The translations under genes and the position numbers were made by a program. Shown piece after piece: positions 21,522-30,805 of a DNA stretch of 32,000 nucleotides (positions within the stretch are counted from its first letter, which is position 1; each line of letters begins with the position of its first letter). The notes below the pieces were generated by a model. It did not search any database. It saw only the letters and a program-made list of their open reading frames with translations, and was not told the origin of the DNA. Source of the stretch: Idiomarina loihiensis L2TR (lineage in GTDB: Bacteria > Pseudomonadota > Gammaproteobacteria > Enterobacterales > Alteromonadaceae); NCBI RefSeq assembly GCF_000008465.1, contig NC_006512.1:990001-1022000 (forward strand). Reading direction: 5' to 3'.

Positions 21522-22679
21522 ATGAAAAAAATTTGTCACCTTTTTACTGCCGTAACCCTATTATTCAGCTCAGCAAGCTTCGCCGCTCAGTCATTAGTTC
21601 CCGATGCGCCGTCGGTTAATGCGAAAGCCTATATTCTTATCGATCACACTACTGGCAAAGTGTTAGCAGAAAATAATTCCCGTGAAAGCCTGCCCCCGGC
21701 CAGCCTGACCAAAATGATGACCAGCTATATTATTGGTAAAGAAATGCTAGCTGGCCGCATTAGCGAGAAGGATATTGTTACTGTAAGCGAAAATGCCTGG
21801 GCCAAAAACTTCCCTGAGTCATCCAAAATGTTTATCGAAGTTGGCAAAGAGGTCAGTGTTAAAGAGTTAAACCGTGGCATCATTATTTCCTCTGGTAACG
21901 ACGCCTGTGTTGCAATGGCTGAACATATTGCGGGAAGCGAAGACGCTTTCGCTGGGTTAATGAATAATTATGCTGAACAAATAGGCATGAAGGACAGTCA
22001 CTTTGCGAACAGTCACGGGCTGCCTGATTCTGAGCAATACGTCTCCGCCCGTGATATGGCCACGTTAGCAAGTGCTTTAATAAATGAGACTCCTGACGAA
22101 TATAAACTCTACTCAGAAAAGTCTTTTACCTACAATAATATTAAGCAATACAATCGCAACTCATTGCTATGGGATCGGAGCTTGAACGTCGATGGCATTA
22201 AAACCGGCCATACTAATGAAGCGGGTTATAGCTTGGTTTCTTCCGCCGTTGAAGACGGAACCCGATTAATTGCTGTGGTTATGGGAACTAACAGTGAACA
22301 AGCGCGTAAAGTTGAAAGCAAAAAACTGCTTAACTACGGATTCCGTTATTTCGAAACCGTAAAAGCATATTCTGCCGGCGAAAGCTTCATTTCCCAACGT
22401 ATTTGGGGTGGAGATTTAGATGAAGTCGAGCTGGGTATTAGTGAAGATGTCGTTATCACCTTACCTAAAGGTCAACGTGATAAATTAAAAGCTAACTTTG
22501 AGCTTGATGAGCAGCTACAGGCACCGCTTTCCAAAGGTCAGCATGTAGGCACAGTTTACCTTCAGCTAAATGGCGAAGATGTAGCTTCATTTCCGCTGGT
22601 AACCTTACAAGCTGTCGAAGAAGGTGGATTCTTCAAGAAGATGATGGACTATATAAAACAGCAGTTTACTGAAGAATAA
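21522..22679 (+). CDS. dacA: D-alanyl-D-alanine carboxypeptidase (PBP5/6 class)
   Basis: Has a signal peptide (MKKICHLFTAVTLLFSSASFA), the SxxK motif SLTKMM, the SxN motif SSGND, the KTG motif KTGHT and a C-terminal amphipathic anchor. ATG 21522 is preferred over TTG 21483. Confidence 0.92.
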   Translation: MKKICHLFTAVTLLFSSASFAAQSLVPDAPSVNAKAYILIDHTTGKVLAENNSRESLPPASLTKMMTSYIIGKEMLAGRISEKDIVTVSENAWAKNFPESSKMFIEVGKEVSVKELNRGIIISSGNDACVAMAEHIAGSEDAFAGLMNNYAEQIGMKDSHFANSHGLPDSEQYVSARDMATLASALINETPDEYKLYSEKSFTYNNIKQYNRNSLLWDRSLNVDGIKTGHTNEAGYSLVSSAVEDGTRLIAVVMGTNSEQARKVESKKLLNYGFRYFETVKAYSAGESFISQRIWGGDLDEVELGISEDVVITLPKGQRDKLKANFELDEQLQAPLSKGQHVGTVYLQLNGEDVASFPLVTLQAVEEGGFFKKMMDYIKQQFTEE

Positions 22680-22691
22680 AGGTTTAGATAG

Positions 22692-22958
22692 ATGCAAAAA
22701 ACTCGTTTTGACGAACTGGTCGATTTCCCCTGTCACTTTACTTTTAAAGTGATGGGGGTTGCTAGTGACAGCCTTCCTGATCAGGTTGTGGAAGTTTTAC
22801 AAGAGCATGCTCCGGGCGACTACAGTCCTTCCGTAAAGCCCAGCAGCAAAGGCAACTACCACTCAATTTCTGTTGCTGTGCGTGTCGAAAGCCAGCAGCA
22901 TATCGAAATATTGTATCGTTCACTCTCAGATATCGAGGACGTTCGCTACGTTCTGTAG
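22692..22958 (+). CDS. ybeD: DUF493 protein YbeD
   Basis: 88 aa and colinear with E. coli YbeD ([11 protein letters not shown]...[20 protein letters not shown]). Confidence 0.9.
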
Positions 22959-23002
22959 CGGCAGGACTAGCCGTTGTTGCTGACAAACGTTATAATGGCG
23001 GC

Positions 23003-23668
23003 ATGAACGATACCCTAATTATCCGTGAATTGGGCAGGCAGCCATACGAACCCGTATGGCATGCTATGCAAGAATTCACTGACCAACGCGACGAACATAC
23101 TGCCGACGAGCTGTGGGTGGTCGAGCACGATCCCGTATTCACTCAAGGACAGGCGGGAAAAGCTGAGCATATTCTCGCTCCGGGTGATATTCCGGTTATC
23201 CAGGTCGACAGAGGCGGACAGGTTACCTATCACGGTCCGGGTCAGCTCGTTATTTATTTCCTTCTTAATATCCGTCGTCTTAATTATGGTGTCCGTCAAC
23301 TCGTTAACCACATTGAAAACACCGTCATTGAAACCCTTTCCGACTACGAAATTGATGCCAAAGCGCGTCGAGACGCTCCTGGAGTTTATGTCGATACAGA
23401 TAAAATTTGCTCTCTGGGACTGCGTATTCGTAAAGGCTGTTCTTTCCACGGATTGGCCTTGAACGTCAATATGGATATGGAACCTTTTTCCCGAATAAAC
23501 CCTTGTGGTCTTTCGGGCATAAAAATGATTCAAACTAAGGATCTCAATGGTCCTGATAGCTTTAGTGAAGCGGCTGATGCAGTGATAAAACACTTTACCA
23601 GCTCTCTTTCCTACAGCAACATTCTTCAACAAACGGGACTCGCTCAAGATTATGTCAAAGCCAGTTAG
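23003..23668 (+). CDS. lipB: Octanoyltransferase (lipoyl(octanoyl) transferase)
   Basis: Colinear with E. coli LipB ([49 protein letters not shown]). Confidence 0.95.
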
Positions 23669-24620
23669 AGTTGAACCTGGTGTCAAAATGCGTGACGCCG
23701 ATAAAATGGCACTGATACCAGTACAAATTATTCCCACCGAACGCGATCAGATGTTGCGTAAGCCGTCGTGGCTGAAGGTGAAGTTACCTTCTTCAACTGA
23801 GCGTATTGATGAAATTAAGCAAGCAATGCGCAGCCATGGTTTGCACTCTGTTTGTGAGGAAGCATCCTGTCCAAATTTACCGGAATGTTTTAATCACGGT
23901 ACAGCCAGTTTTATGATCCTGGGCGACATTTGTACACGTCGTTGCCCATTCTGTGACGTTGCTCACGGTCGCCCTCTTCCTCCCGATCCGGAAGAAGCTG
24001 AAAAGCTGGGCAAAACCATCCGCGACATGAAAGTGAAGTATGTCGTAATTACATCGGTTGACCGTGATGATTTACGCGACGGCGGTGCTCAGCACTTTGC
24101 GGACTGTATTCGTGAAATTCGTGAGCACAGTGAGAACAACATTCAGGTAGAAGTGCTGGTACCGGATTTTCGTGGTCGTATGCAGGTTGCGATCGATATT
24201 CTCAAAGGCGAGGCGCCTGACGTATTTAACCACAACCTTGAGACCGTGCCACGCCTGTATAAGGCAGCTCGTCCTGGTGCAAATTACCAGTGGTCTTTAG
24301 ACTTGCTGCAAAAATACAAAGAAGTTCGGCCGGATATCCGGACTAAGTCGGGACTTATGGTCGGCCTTGGCGAAACCAAAGAAGAAATACTGGAAGTCAT
24401 GAAAGATCTTCGTGCGCACGATGTCGACATGTTGACTATCGGACAGTATTTGCAGCCTAGCCGCCACCATATTCCGGTAGCACGCTACGTGCACCCCGAC
24501 GAGTTTGAAGAGCTGCGTGTTGCTGGTGTTGAAATGGGCTTTAGCCACATTGCCAGTGGGCCACTCGTACGCTCGTCTTATCATGCTGATTTACAGGCAG
24601 CAGGCGAAACCGTACGTTAA
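23652..24620 (+). CDS. lipA: Lipoyl synthase
   Basis: Begins [24 protein letters not shown]. It has the auxiliary-cluster Cys motif [12 protein letters not shown] and the radical-SAM motif CTRRCPFC. It overlaps lipB by 17 nt. Confidence 0.97.
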
Positions 24621-24636
24621 TTAAGGAATAGTGACC

Positions 24637-25029
24637 GTGAGCCTTTTATTGTGGTGTTTACTCATTGCCGGAGTCTTGCCAATTTTGGCTAAGGCACCTG
24701 TGGTTTACTTTCAGAACCGCGATAACGGTTATGACAATAAACACCCCAGAGCTCAACAGCAACGGTTACTTGGGCGTGGAGCCCGGGCCGTTGCCGGTCA
24801 CTATAATGCCTATGAAGCTTTCCCATTATTTGCCGCAGCAGTATTGGCAGCCCTAGCAACTTCTCAGATCACCGACCGAATTGAATTTTTAAGCATTTCT
24901 TTTATTGTACTTAGAGTGCTCTATCACATTGCTTATTTAAGCAACTATGACAAACTTCGTTCACTTATTTGGTTTCTGGCAACACTCTGCCCAGTGCTAA
25001 TTCTGGCGCAAGTCGCTATTAGCGTCTAA
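24637..25029 (+). CDS. MAPEG-family small membrane protein
   Basis: Has about four hydrophobic helices and the MAPEG-like segment RAVAGHYNAYEAFPLFAAAV. GTG 24637 has AAGGAA 8 nt upstream and is favoured over GTG 24631. Its last 33 nt overlap the convergent gene. Confidence 0.6.
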   Translation: MSLLLWCLLIAGVLPILAKAPVVYFQNRDNGYDNKHPRAQQQRLLGRGARAVAGHYNAYEAFPLFAAAVLAALATSQITDRIEFLSISFIVLRVLYHIAYLSNYDKLRSLIWFLATLCPVLILAQVAISV

Positions 25030-26154
25030 ATCAAAAGCGTTAGTTTTTTGCTCCAGCAATCTTAAGTAGAGTTCTGGCCATAGTTTGGTGTCGTGACGCT
25101 CCATAGCGGTTCTAGTATTAACAGGGCGCCATGCTTGTCTGTCATCTATAGCGTTACAGGTATCCGCTTTAAAAAGGCCGACAACGGCTTCCCCAGAGCT
25201 CCCTAAACGCCACTTCCCTTGCTTCTTAATCGCAATATCTTGCCAGGAACTCAGTTCATCTTTCCACGGTAGCCTTTTATAAATCGCTTTAATTTTCCGT
25301 GCCGAATACTCGTTATGAGCTTCTGTCACAATAATATTCAAGCTGTCATGGTCGTAGTAGCCATAACAGAAATTTTGAGCAAGTGCGTCTGACATTTCGT
25401 ATTCATCAGCGAACCCCATCCAGTGTCCTAGCTCATGTTGAATAACCGCTTCTGAACTGTCAGCCGTTAAAGTCAGTGTCTGACTATTGGCACTGGCAAT
25501 GCCTTCTTCGGCTAATATTACCTGCCTATCAAAACTTTTTTCAAAATGACAATTTGCCCGTTTTCTCTGTGTATCGGTTACACAAGATAAGTTTTCGTCC
25601 AAAGTAAAGCTAACGCACCAATTCTGAGTATCAAAAGGTGTATTTTTTACCGCGGACAAAAAGTTAAGATAGCGTCGCTTTTCGCCAGAGTCAGCAGCAA
25701 CAACATTGATTTCCATATTGCATTGCGCGCTAGGCTTATAGCGTTCAATCAGTCCAAACTGACTCTGTAACCAGGAGTCTTTCGAGTTTACCCAGCGATG
25801 CACCCATTCGTGCATAGAAATGTTCTGATCGGCTAGCTCAGCGGTAGCCACCTGCCTTTGAGCCACAGGGTCGCCAGCATCAGCAGCCAGAGCAAGCCAA
25901 GCGTCACTTGTCGCTGGAAATTCGTTAATTAAACTTTCTATGGCTGGAAAGTAATGCTGCTTTGCCGACCGCTGCCACCAATAATAAGCAGCGGTACGAT
26001 TATTCAGTGCCCAGTGGTGATTCGCCAGTTGATGTTGTGCCTTGGCATTGCCCTGATGCGCGAGACTGCTGCGCTCTTGCTGTTGGTTATAAACCTGATG
26101 AGACCATCCAGTTAAAGCCAGCAGAAACAACACAATTAAGAGTCTGGTTTTCAC
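24997..26154 (-). CDS. Exported Sel1-like-repeat protein with an HExxH zinc-metallopeptidase motif (uncharacterised)
   Basis: 385 aa. Has a signal-peptide-like N-terminus (MKTRLLIVLFLLALTGW) and Sel1/TPR-like repeats (GNAKAQHQLANHH...AAYYWWQRSAKQ; AADAGDPVAQRQVA). There are six Cys in the mature part. The single motif IQHELGHWMGFADEYE resembles the HExxHxxGxxDEY of M64-type peptidases. The GTG start is 11 nt after the nlpI stop, and the AGGAG there overlaps the GTG, so the exact start is unsure. Confidence 0.7.
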   Translation of the reverse strand: MKTRLLIVLFLLALTGWSHQVYNQQQERSSLAHQGNAKAQHQLANHHWALNNRTAAYYWWQRSAKQHYFPAIESLINEFPATSDAWLALAADAGDPVAQRQVATAELADQNISMHEWVHRWVNSKDSWLQSQFGLIERYKPSAQCNMEINVVAADSGEKRRYLNFLSAVKNTPFDTQNWCVSFTLDENLSCVTDTQRKRANCHFEKSFDRQVILAEEGIASANSQTLTLTADSSEAVIQHELGHWMGFADEYEMSDALAQNFCYGYYDHDSLNIIVTEAHNEYSARKIKAIYKRLPWKDELSSWQDIAIKKQGKWRLGSSGEAVVGLFKADTCNAIDDRQAWRPVNTRTAMERHDTKLWPELYLRLLEQKTNAFDLDANSDLRQN

Positions 26155-26165
26155 TCCTTTTCTCT

Positions 26166-27050
26166 TTAGCGACTGAGTAAGGATTCACGAATACGGTTTA
26201 GCTCAACTGACGCATATCGGTGTTCAACAAAACCATATACATTGGTCATTAAAGCCAATTTAAAGTAGTTAACAGCCTGCAATTGCTCTCCTTCCATTTG
26301 CATGTACTTGCCAAGATAAAAATAGGCTTCACACAAACGTTCAGTCAGCTTTTCCGATTCCCCTAAGTTACGGGTCATACGTTGTAAAAACGCTTCTTCA
26401 GAAAGTTTGCCTGCATACAGTTGTACAATCTGATACCCCCAGTCGGATTTACTCAGTTTCTCAGCGTTTTGCTCAAGGCTTTTTTGTGCCAACGCGGCAT
26501 CATTTTCATGTTCGGCGAGAAACAGCCAAATAACGCGGTAAGGATCATCGGGTTCTCTTTCCAGATGGTATTTTAAGTCTTCCTGAGAAAGTTTCGTTCT
26601 GGCATCATAATACTCGGCTATACCCCGGTTCAAATAGGCATAACGGTGCTCAGGGTTGAGTTCAATTGCTGAATCAAAAGCCTCATAAGCGTAATCAAAC
26701 TCCTCTAGTTGCGTATATTGAATACCTAAGAAATTATACGCATCGGCCAACCTCGGGTTATATTCTAAAGCTCGGGTAAAATCCATTCTCGCAAGAGTTC
26801 TCAAGCCAACGGCGTCGTATAACGCACCGCGGCGGTAATATAGCTCTCCGCGCTGTTCCTCAGTTAAATTTTCTCTTAGCATCTGCCCTATGCGTGCCAG
26901 CTCAATCTCATAACGAAACTCTGCGCTTTCAGGCTCTGCAAGTACCACGGTATCAGGTAACTGATTAAATGAACTTTGCGAGGCACACCCCGTCATGACG
27001 CCTAATAACAACAAAGCTCCCATGAACCTAACACTTCTGCGCTCTTGCAT
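26166..27050 (-). CDS. nlpI: TPR lipoprotein NlpI
   Basis: 294 aa counted from ATG 27050 (AGGA 7 nt upstream), the same length as E. coli NlpI and colinear with it (LYYRRGALYDAVGLRTLARMDF, FVEHRYA). The lipobox is MTGC. It lies downstream of pnp as in enterics. Confidence 0.93.
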   Translation of the reverse strand: MQERRSVRFMGALLLLGVMTGCASQSSFNQLPDTVVLAEPESAEFRYEIELARIGQMLRENLTEEQRGELYYRRGALYDAVGLRTLARMDFTRALEYNPRLADAYNFLGIQYTQLEEFDYAYEAFDSAIELNPEHRYAYLNRGIAEYYDARTKLSQEDLKYHLEREPDDPYRVIWLFLAEHENDAALAQKSLEQNAEKLSKSDWGYQIVQLYAGKLSEEAFLQRMTRNLGESEKLTERLCEAYFYLGKYMQMEGEQLQAVNYFKLALMTNVYGFVEHRYASVELNRIRESLLSR

Positions 27051-27080
27051 AATTTTATCCTTAAATATACATTCGCCCCT

Positions 27081-27110
27081 ATTACAGCACACTCAACGCC
27101 ATTCAGGCAA
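27081..27110 (-). promoter_or_regulatory. Candidate extended -10 sigma70 promoter for nlpI and the downstream HExxH gene
   Basis: On the minus strand: TTGCCT (27110-27105), 18-nt spacer, TGcTGTAAT (27089-27081). It lies between the pnp terminator and the nlpI start. Confidence 0.4.
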
Positions 27111-27121
27111 AAAGCAGATAT

Positions 27122-27149
27122 AAAAAAACCCCGTTCACACGGGGTTTTT
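27122..27149 (-). terminator. Rho-independent terminator after pnp (symmetrical A/T flanks)
   Basis: On the minus strand, AACCCCG-TGTGAA-CGGGGTT is followed by T7. It starts 26 nt after the pnp stop. Confidence 0.8.
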
Positions 27150-27174
27150 AACAAAGCTGAGAAAATCTTTACGA

Positions 27175-29325
27175 TTACTCTTCGCTTTTGTTTTCTTCTT
27201 CAGCTGCTGGCTCTGCCGGCGCTTCAGGTGCTGGTTCTTCTTTTTTCTCAGCCGCTTCTTTCATGCTTAAACGTACGCGACCCTGACGGTCAATTTCCAG
27301 TACTTTAACCGGAACAACATCACCAACTTTCAGGTATTCATTTACGTCGTTAACACGTTCTTCTGCAATTTGAGAAATGTGAACTAAGCCATCTTTACCG
27401 GGCAGAACAGTAACAAAGGCACCAAAGTCTACGATACGTGCTACTTTACCCTGGTAAATTTTGCCAACTTCAACGTTAGCCGTTAGCTGTTTGATTTTCT
27501 CAATAGCGGCGTCAGCATCAGCCTGGTCGCTGGCTGCAACTTTGATAGTACCATCATCACCAATCTCAATGTTGGTATTAGTTGACTCAGTCAGCTCGCG
27601 AATAACCGCTCCGCCTTTACCGATAACGTCTTTGATCTTGTCCTGATCAATTTTGATGGTGGTAAAGCGAGGTGCATAAGTAGACAGTTCTTCACGGTGA
27701 CCGCCAATAGCTTCGTCCATCACTTTCAGAATGTGTAAGCGAGCTGATTTAGCCTGCGCTAAGGCACTTTCCATGATGTCGCGAGTAATGCCGTCAATTT
27801 TAATGTCCATTTGCAGCGCAGTAATACCATCAGTGTTACCCGCTACTTTAAAGTCCATATCACCTAAGTGATCTTCATCACCAAGAATATCAGACAGAAC
27901 AACATGCTTGTCGCCTTCTTTAACCAAGCCCATAGCAATACCCGCTACAGAAGACTTGATTGGTACACCTGCATCCATCAACGCCAGTGAAGAACCACAA
28001 ACTGAGGCCATAGAGCTTGAACCGTTTGATTCAGTAATTTCTGACACCACACGAATGGTGTATGGGAACTCGTCGTGGCTAGGCATAACCGCCTGAATAC
28101 CCCGTTTAGCCAAACGACCATGACCAATTTCACGACGTTTTGGCGAACCAACCATACCCGTTTCACCAACACAGTATGGAGGGAAGTTATAATGCAGCAT
28201 GAAGCGATTCGTGTTCATACCGGTCAGCTCATCAATCATCTGAGCATCACGATCGGTACCTAAAGTCGCAGTTACCAACGCCTGAGTCTCACCACGGGTA
28301 AACAATGCTGAACCGTGAGTACGCGGTAATACACCAGTAGCCACACTAATAGCACGAACCATGTCAGGGTCGCGGCCATCAATACGCTTTTCACCGGCAA
28401 TAATACGGCTACGGACAATGTCACTTTCCAGGTCATGGAAAATTTTGCCAGATTCTTCTAAATCGACATTTTCATCTTCAGCAGTCAGCTTCTCGACCAT
28501 CTGCTCTTTAACCTGGTCAAGCTTACCTTTACGTTCTGCTTTGTCGGTAGTGCGGTAGGCTTCGCCAATACCTTGCTCTGCCAATTCACGAATTTTGGTC
28601 TGTAAGCTTTCATCTTTTGCAGGTGCCTGCCAATCCCACTTCTCTTTGCCTGCTTCTGCAGTAAATTCAGTAATGGCTTTAATAACGTCCTGCATTGCTT
28701 CGTGACCGTACATAACGGCACCAAGCATTTGGTCTTCAGACAGCAATTGAGCTTCTGATTCAACCATTAAGACAGCTTTATCAGTACCGGCAACCACTAG
28801 GTCCAGTTTCGAGTTTTCTAACTCATCTGCGGTTGGGTTTAAAACGTATTCATCGTTCACGACACCAACACGAGCTGCACCGATTGGGCCTGCGAAAGGA
28901 ACACCAGAAATAGACAGCGCTGCTGAAGTACCAATTAAGGCAACAATATCAGGATTAATTTGAGGGTTTACAGAAACAACAGTTGCAACAACTTGCACTT
29001 CGTTCATGAAACCATCAGGGAATAATGGGCGAATTGGACGGTCGATTAAACGACAAGTCAGAGTTTCATTTTCGCTTGGACGGCCTTCACGCTTAAAGAA
29101 GCCACCTGGAATTTTACCGGCTGCGTAAGTTTTCTCTTGGTAATTTACCGTTAATGGAAAAAAGTTTTGCCCTTCGCGAGCTTCTTTTTTCGCAACCACA
29201 GTGACCAGGACTGTTGTGTCATCGATGCTGGCAAGCACAGAAGCAGTCGCCTGACGTGCTATTACGCCAGTTTCTAAAGTGACTGTGTGCTGACCGTACT
29301 GAAATTGTTTAGTTATTGGATTCAC
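27175..29325 (-). CDS. pnp: Polynucleotide phosphorylase
   Basis: Colinear with E. coli PNPase from [19 protein letters not shown], through two RNase PH domains and the KH domain ([13 protein letters not shown]), to the S1 domain. GTG 29325 has AAGGAA about 6 nt upstream and is preferred over the TTG at 29346. Confidence 0.96.
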   Translation of the reverse strand: MNPITKQFQYGQHTVTLETGVIARQATASVLASIDDTTVLVTVVAKKEAREGQNFFPLTVNYQEKTYAAGKIPGGFFKREGRPSENETLTCRLIDRPIRPLFPDGFMNEVQVVATVVSVNPQINPDIVALIGTSAALSISGVPFAGPIGAARVGVVNDEYVLNPTADELENSKLDLVVAGTDKAVLMVESEAQLLSEDQMLGAVMYGHEAMQDVIKAITEFTAEAGKEKWDWQAPAKDESLQTKIRELAEQGIGEAYRTTDKAERKGKLDQVKEQMVEKLTAEDENVDLEESGKIFHDLESDIVRSRIIAGEKRIDGRDPDMVRAISVATGVLPRTHGSALFTRGETQALVTATLGTDRDAQMIDELTGMNTNRFMLHYNFPPYCVGETGMVGSPKRREIGHGRLAKRGIQAVMPSHDEFPYTIRVVSEITESNGSSSMASVCGSSLALMDAGVPIKSSVAGIAMGLVKEGDKHVVLSDILGDEDHLGDMDFKVAGNTDGITALQMDIKIDGITRDIMESALAQAKSARLHILKVMDEAIGGHREELSTYAPRFTTIKIDQDKIKDVIGKGGAVIRELTESTNTNIEIGDDGTIKVAASDQADADAAIEKIKQLTANVEVGKIYQGKVARIVDFGAFVTVLPGKDGLVHISQIAEERVNDVNEYLKVGDVVPVKVLEIDRQGRVRLSMKEAAEKKEEPAPEAPAEPAAEEENKSEE

Positions 29326-29453
29326 GTTGCTTTCCTTTACCTTCAAAATATAGAGTATCCGGATTGATACTCGTCTTCTCTCTTTATTTATCTCATCGCA
29401 TAGTATAGGGGAATTGTGACGAAATTAAGACCCATAAGCCTAAAAAAGAATAC

Positions 29454-29478
29454 AAAAAAAGGGCCTGAAGGCCCTTTT
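29454..29478 (-). terminator. rpsO rho-independent terminator
   Basis: On the minus strand, AAAAGGGCC-TTCA-GGCCC is followed by T7. It starts 28 nt after the rpsO stop. Confidence 0.8.
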
Positions 29479-29505
29479 AATTTTATTCTTTTCAGAACGT
29501 TTGTC

Positions 29506-29775
29506 TTAGCGACGGATGCCAAGACGTTCTACGATAGCTACGTAACGTTTTTCGTCTTTACGCTTCAGGTAATCAAGAAGCTTACGACGACGGCTAACCA
29601 TACGTAGCAGACCACGACGTGAGTGGTGATCTTTCTTATGTTCTTTAAAGTGGTCTTGTAATTCAGCCAGGTTTTTAGTTAAAAGCGCAACTTGCACTTC
29701 AGGAGAACCGGTATCGTTCTCGCCTTGGCCAAATTCTTTTAAAATCTCAGCTTTCTGTTCAACAGTTAGTGACAT
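29506..29775 (-). CDS. rpsO: 30S ribosomal protein S15
   Basis: 89 aa with the typical S15 sequence ([16 protein letters not shown]...[21 protein letters not shown]). AGGAG lies upstream of the start. Confidence 0.97.
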
Positions 29776-29843
29776 GCTAACTCCTAAGTTTTGTCAAAAT
29801 GATCGACGCCAATCACTAATTCAGCATCGATATGAAGGCGGCG

Positions 29844-29872
29844 ATTATACTCGTCAGCCGCCGTAAAAACAA
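29844..29872 (-). promoter_or_regulatory. Candidate rpsO sigma70 promoter
   Basis: On the minus strand: TTGTTT (29872-29867), 17-nt spacer, TATAAT (29849-29844). It begins right after the truB stop. The -10 sits in the loop of a GGCGGC/GCCGCC inverted repeat. Confidence 0.5.
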
Positions 29873-30805
29873 CTATAAATCCACATGCTCCCGCGCAATA
29901 ACCCGACGCGGCCATAATTCCGCATTTTTCACCCGTGCAACACCAAGAAATAGCGAGTTTTCTGTGGCAACGCGCCATTCTTCTGCGTCATTTCCATTTT
30001 GCTCAGGTAAAGGAATGGGCTGTCCATGCAAAAAGTCGCGAGTTTGCGCTTGAGTCACTGTTACCTCTGGCAATTGTCCCAGTAGCAAATCAGCCGGATG
30101 CAATAACGCATCGAGACCTTCATAGCCCTCTTCTGCTAACGTTTCCAGTTGTTCCAGGGTCACCATAGCCGCTTCAGCTATGTCGGCTACTGCATTACGA
30201 TGTAGCATGGATACGTGAGCACCACAGCCTAGTAACTGACCCAGGTCATCAACTAAAGTACGAATATAAGTACCTTTGCTGCAACTCACTTGCAGGGTCA
30301 CTTTATTGTCCTGAATATTCAGCAGTTCGATAGAGTGGACGGTGATTGTCCGCGTTTTTTTCGGTACTTCAATGCCTTGGCGCGCATAATAATATAATGG
30401 ACGGCCTTCGTGCTTCAGTGCCGAATAAATAGAGGGAGACTGATCCTGTTCACCAATAAACTGCTTTATTGCATCGGCAACCTTAGCGGTATCAACTGCA
30501 ACAGGCTTTTCCTCTACCACTTCACCTTCGGCGTCACTGGTGGTTGTTCTTACCCCCAGCGTAGCTTCAACCCGGTAGGCTTTATCGGCATCCAGCAGAT
30601 ATTGCGAAAACTTCGTCGCCTCTCCCAGACAAACTGGCAGAATACCGGTTGCCAGAGGATCCAGCGCACCAGTATGACCCGCTTTTTGTGCATTATACAG
30701 GCGCTTAACACGCTGCAGGGCATGGTTTGAACTCATGCCCTGCGGTTTATTCAATAATACTACGCCCGTGAGAGCACGGCCTTTGCGTAGACGAGCTTTA
30801 GACAT
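29873..30805 (-). CDS. truB: tRNA pseudouridine55 synthase
   Basis: Has the N-terminus NKPQGMSSNHALQRVKRLYNAQKAGHTGALDPLATG with the catalytic Asp. A TAATG junction couples it to rbfA. Confidence 0.95.
   Translation of the reverse strand: MSKARLRKGRALTGVVLLNKPQGMSSNHALQRVKRLYNAQKAGHTGALDPLATGILPVCLGEATKFSQYLLDADKAYRVEATLGVRTTTSDAEGEVVEEKPVAVDTAKVADAIKQFIGEQDQSPSIYSALKHEGRPLYYYARQGIEVPKKTRTITVHSIELLNIQDNKVTLQVSCSKGTYIRTLVDDLGQLLGCGAHVSMLHRNAVADIAEAAMVTLEQLETLAEEGYEGLDALLHPADLLLGQLPEVTVTQAQTRDFLHGQPIPLPEQNGNDAEEWRVATENSLFLGVARVKNAELWPRRVIAREHVDL

Noticed and set aside
22991-22996. A perfect TATAAT 6 nt upstream of the lipB ATG, with no SD. This could indicate a leaderless lipB mRNA.
   Set aside because: There is no acceptable -35 at 16-18 nt spacing and no TG extension (the sequence reads CGT-TATAAT). 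A lone hexamer in A/T-containing sequence is expected by chance, and lipB is more simply read through from ybeD.
23015-23737. A 240-aa ORF antisense to the whole of lipB, plus a 145-aa ORF (23025-23462) in another plus-strand frame. Three long open frames overlap at this locus.
   Set aside because: lipB itself is unambiguous and colinear with E. coli LipB. The two alternative translations are compositionally odd (rich in Ser, Ile, Asn, Arg and Thr), have no recognisable motifs and have no SD-plus-start context. A long stop-free antisense frame is a known by-product of codon bias. Only Ribo-seq or frame-specific conservation would change my mind.
27051-27092. N-terminal extensions suggested by the ORF track for nlpI (27092), pnp (TTG 29346), dacA (TTG 21483), rodA (18511), fumC (350), the SDR (TTG 1763) and miaB (GTG 5347).
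   Set aside because: In each case an internal start has a properly spaced SD, or gives an N-terminus and length matching the E. coli orthologue, or restores a proper signal peptide or lipobox. The upstream codons are probably untranslated.
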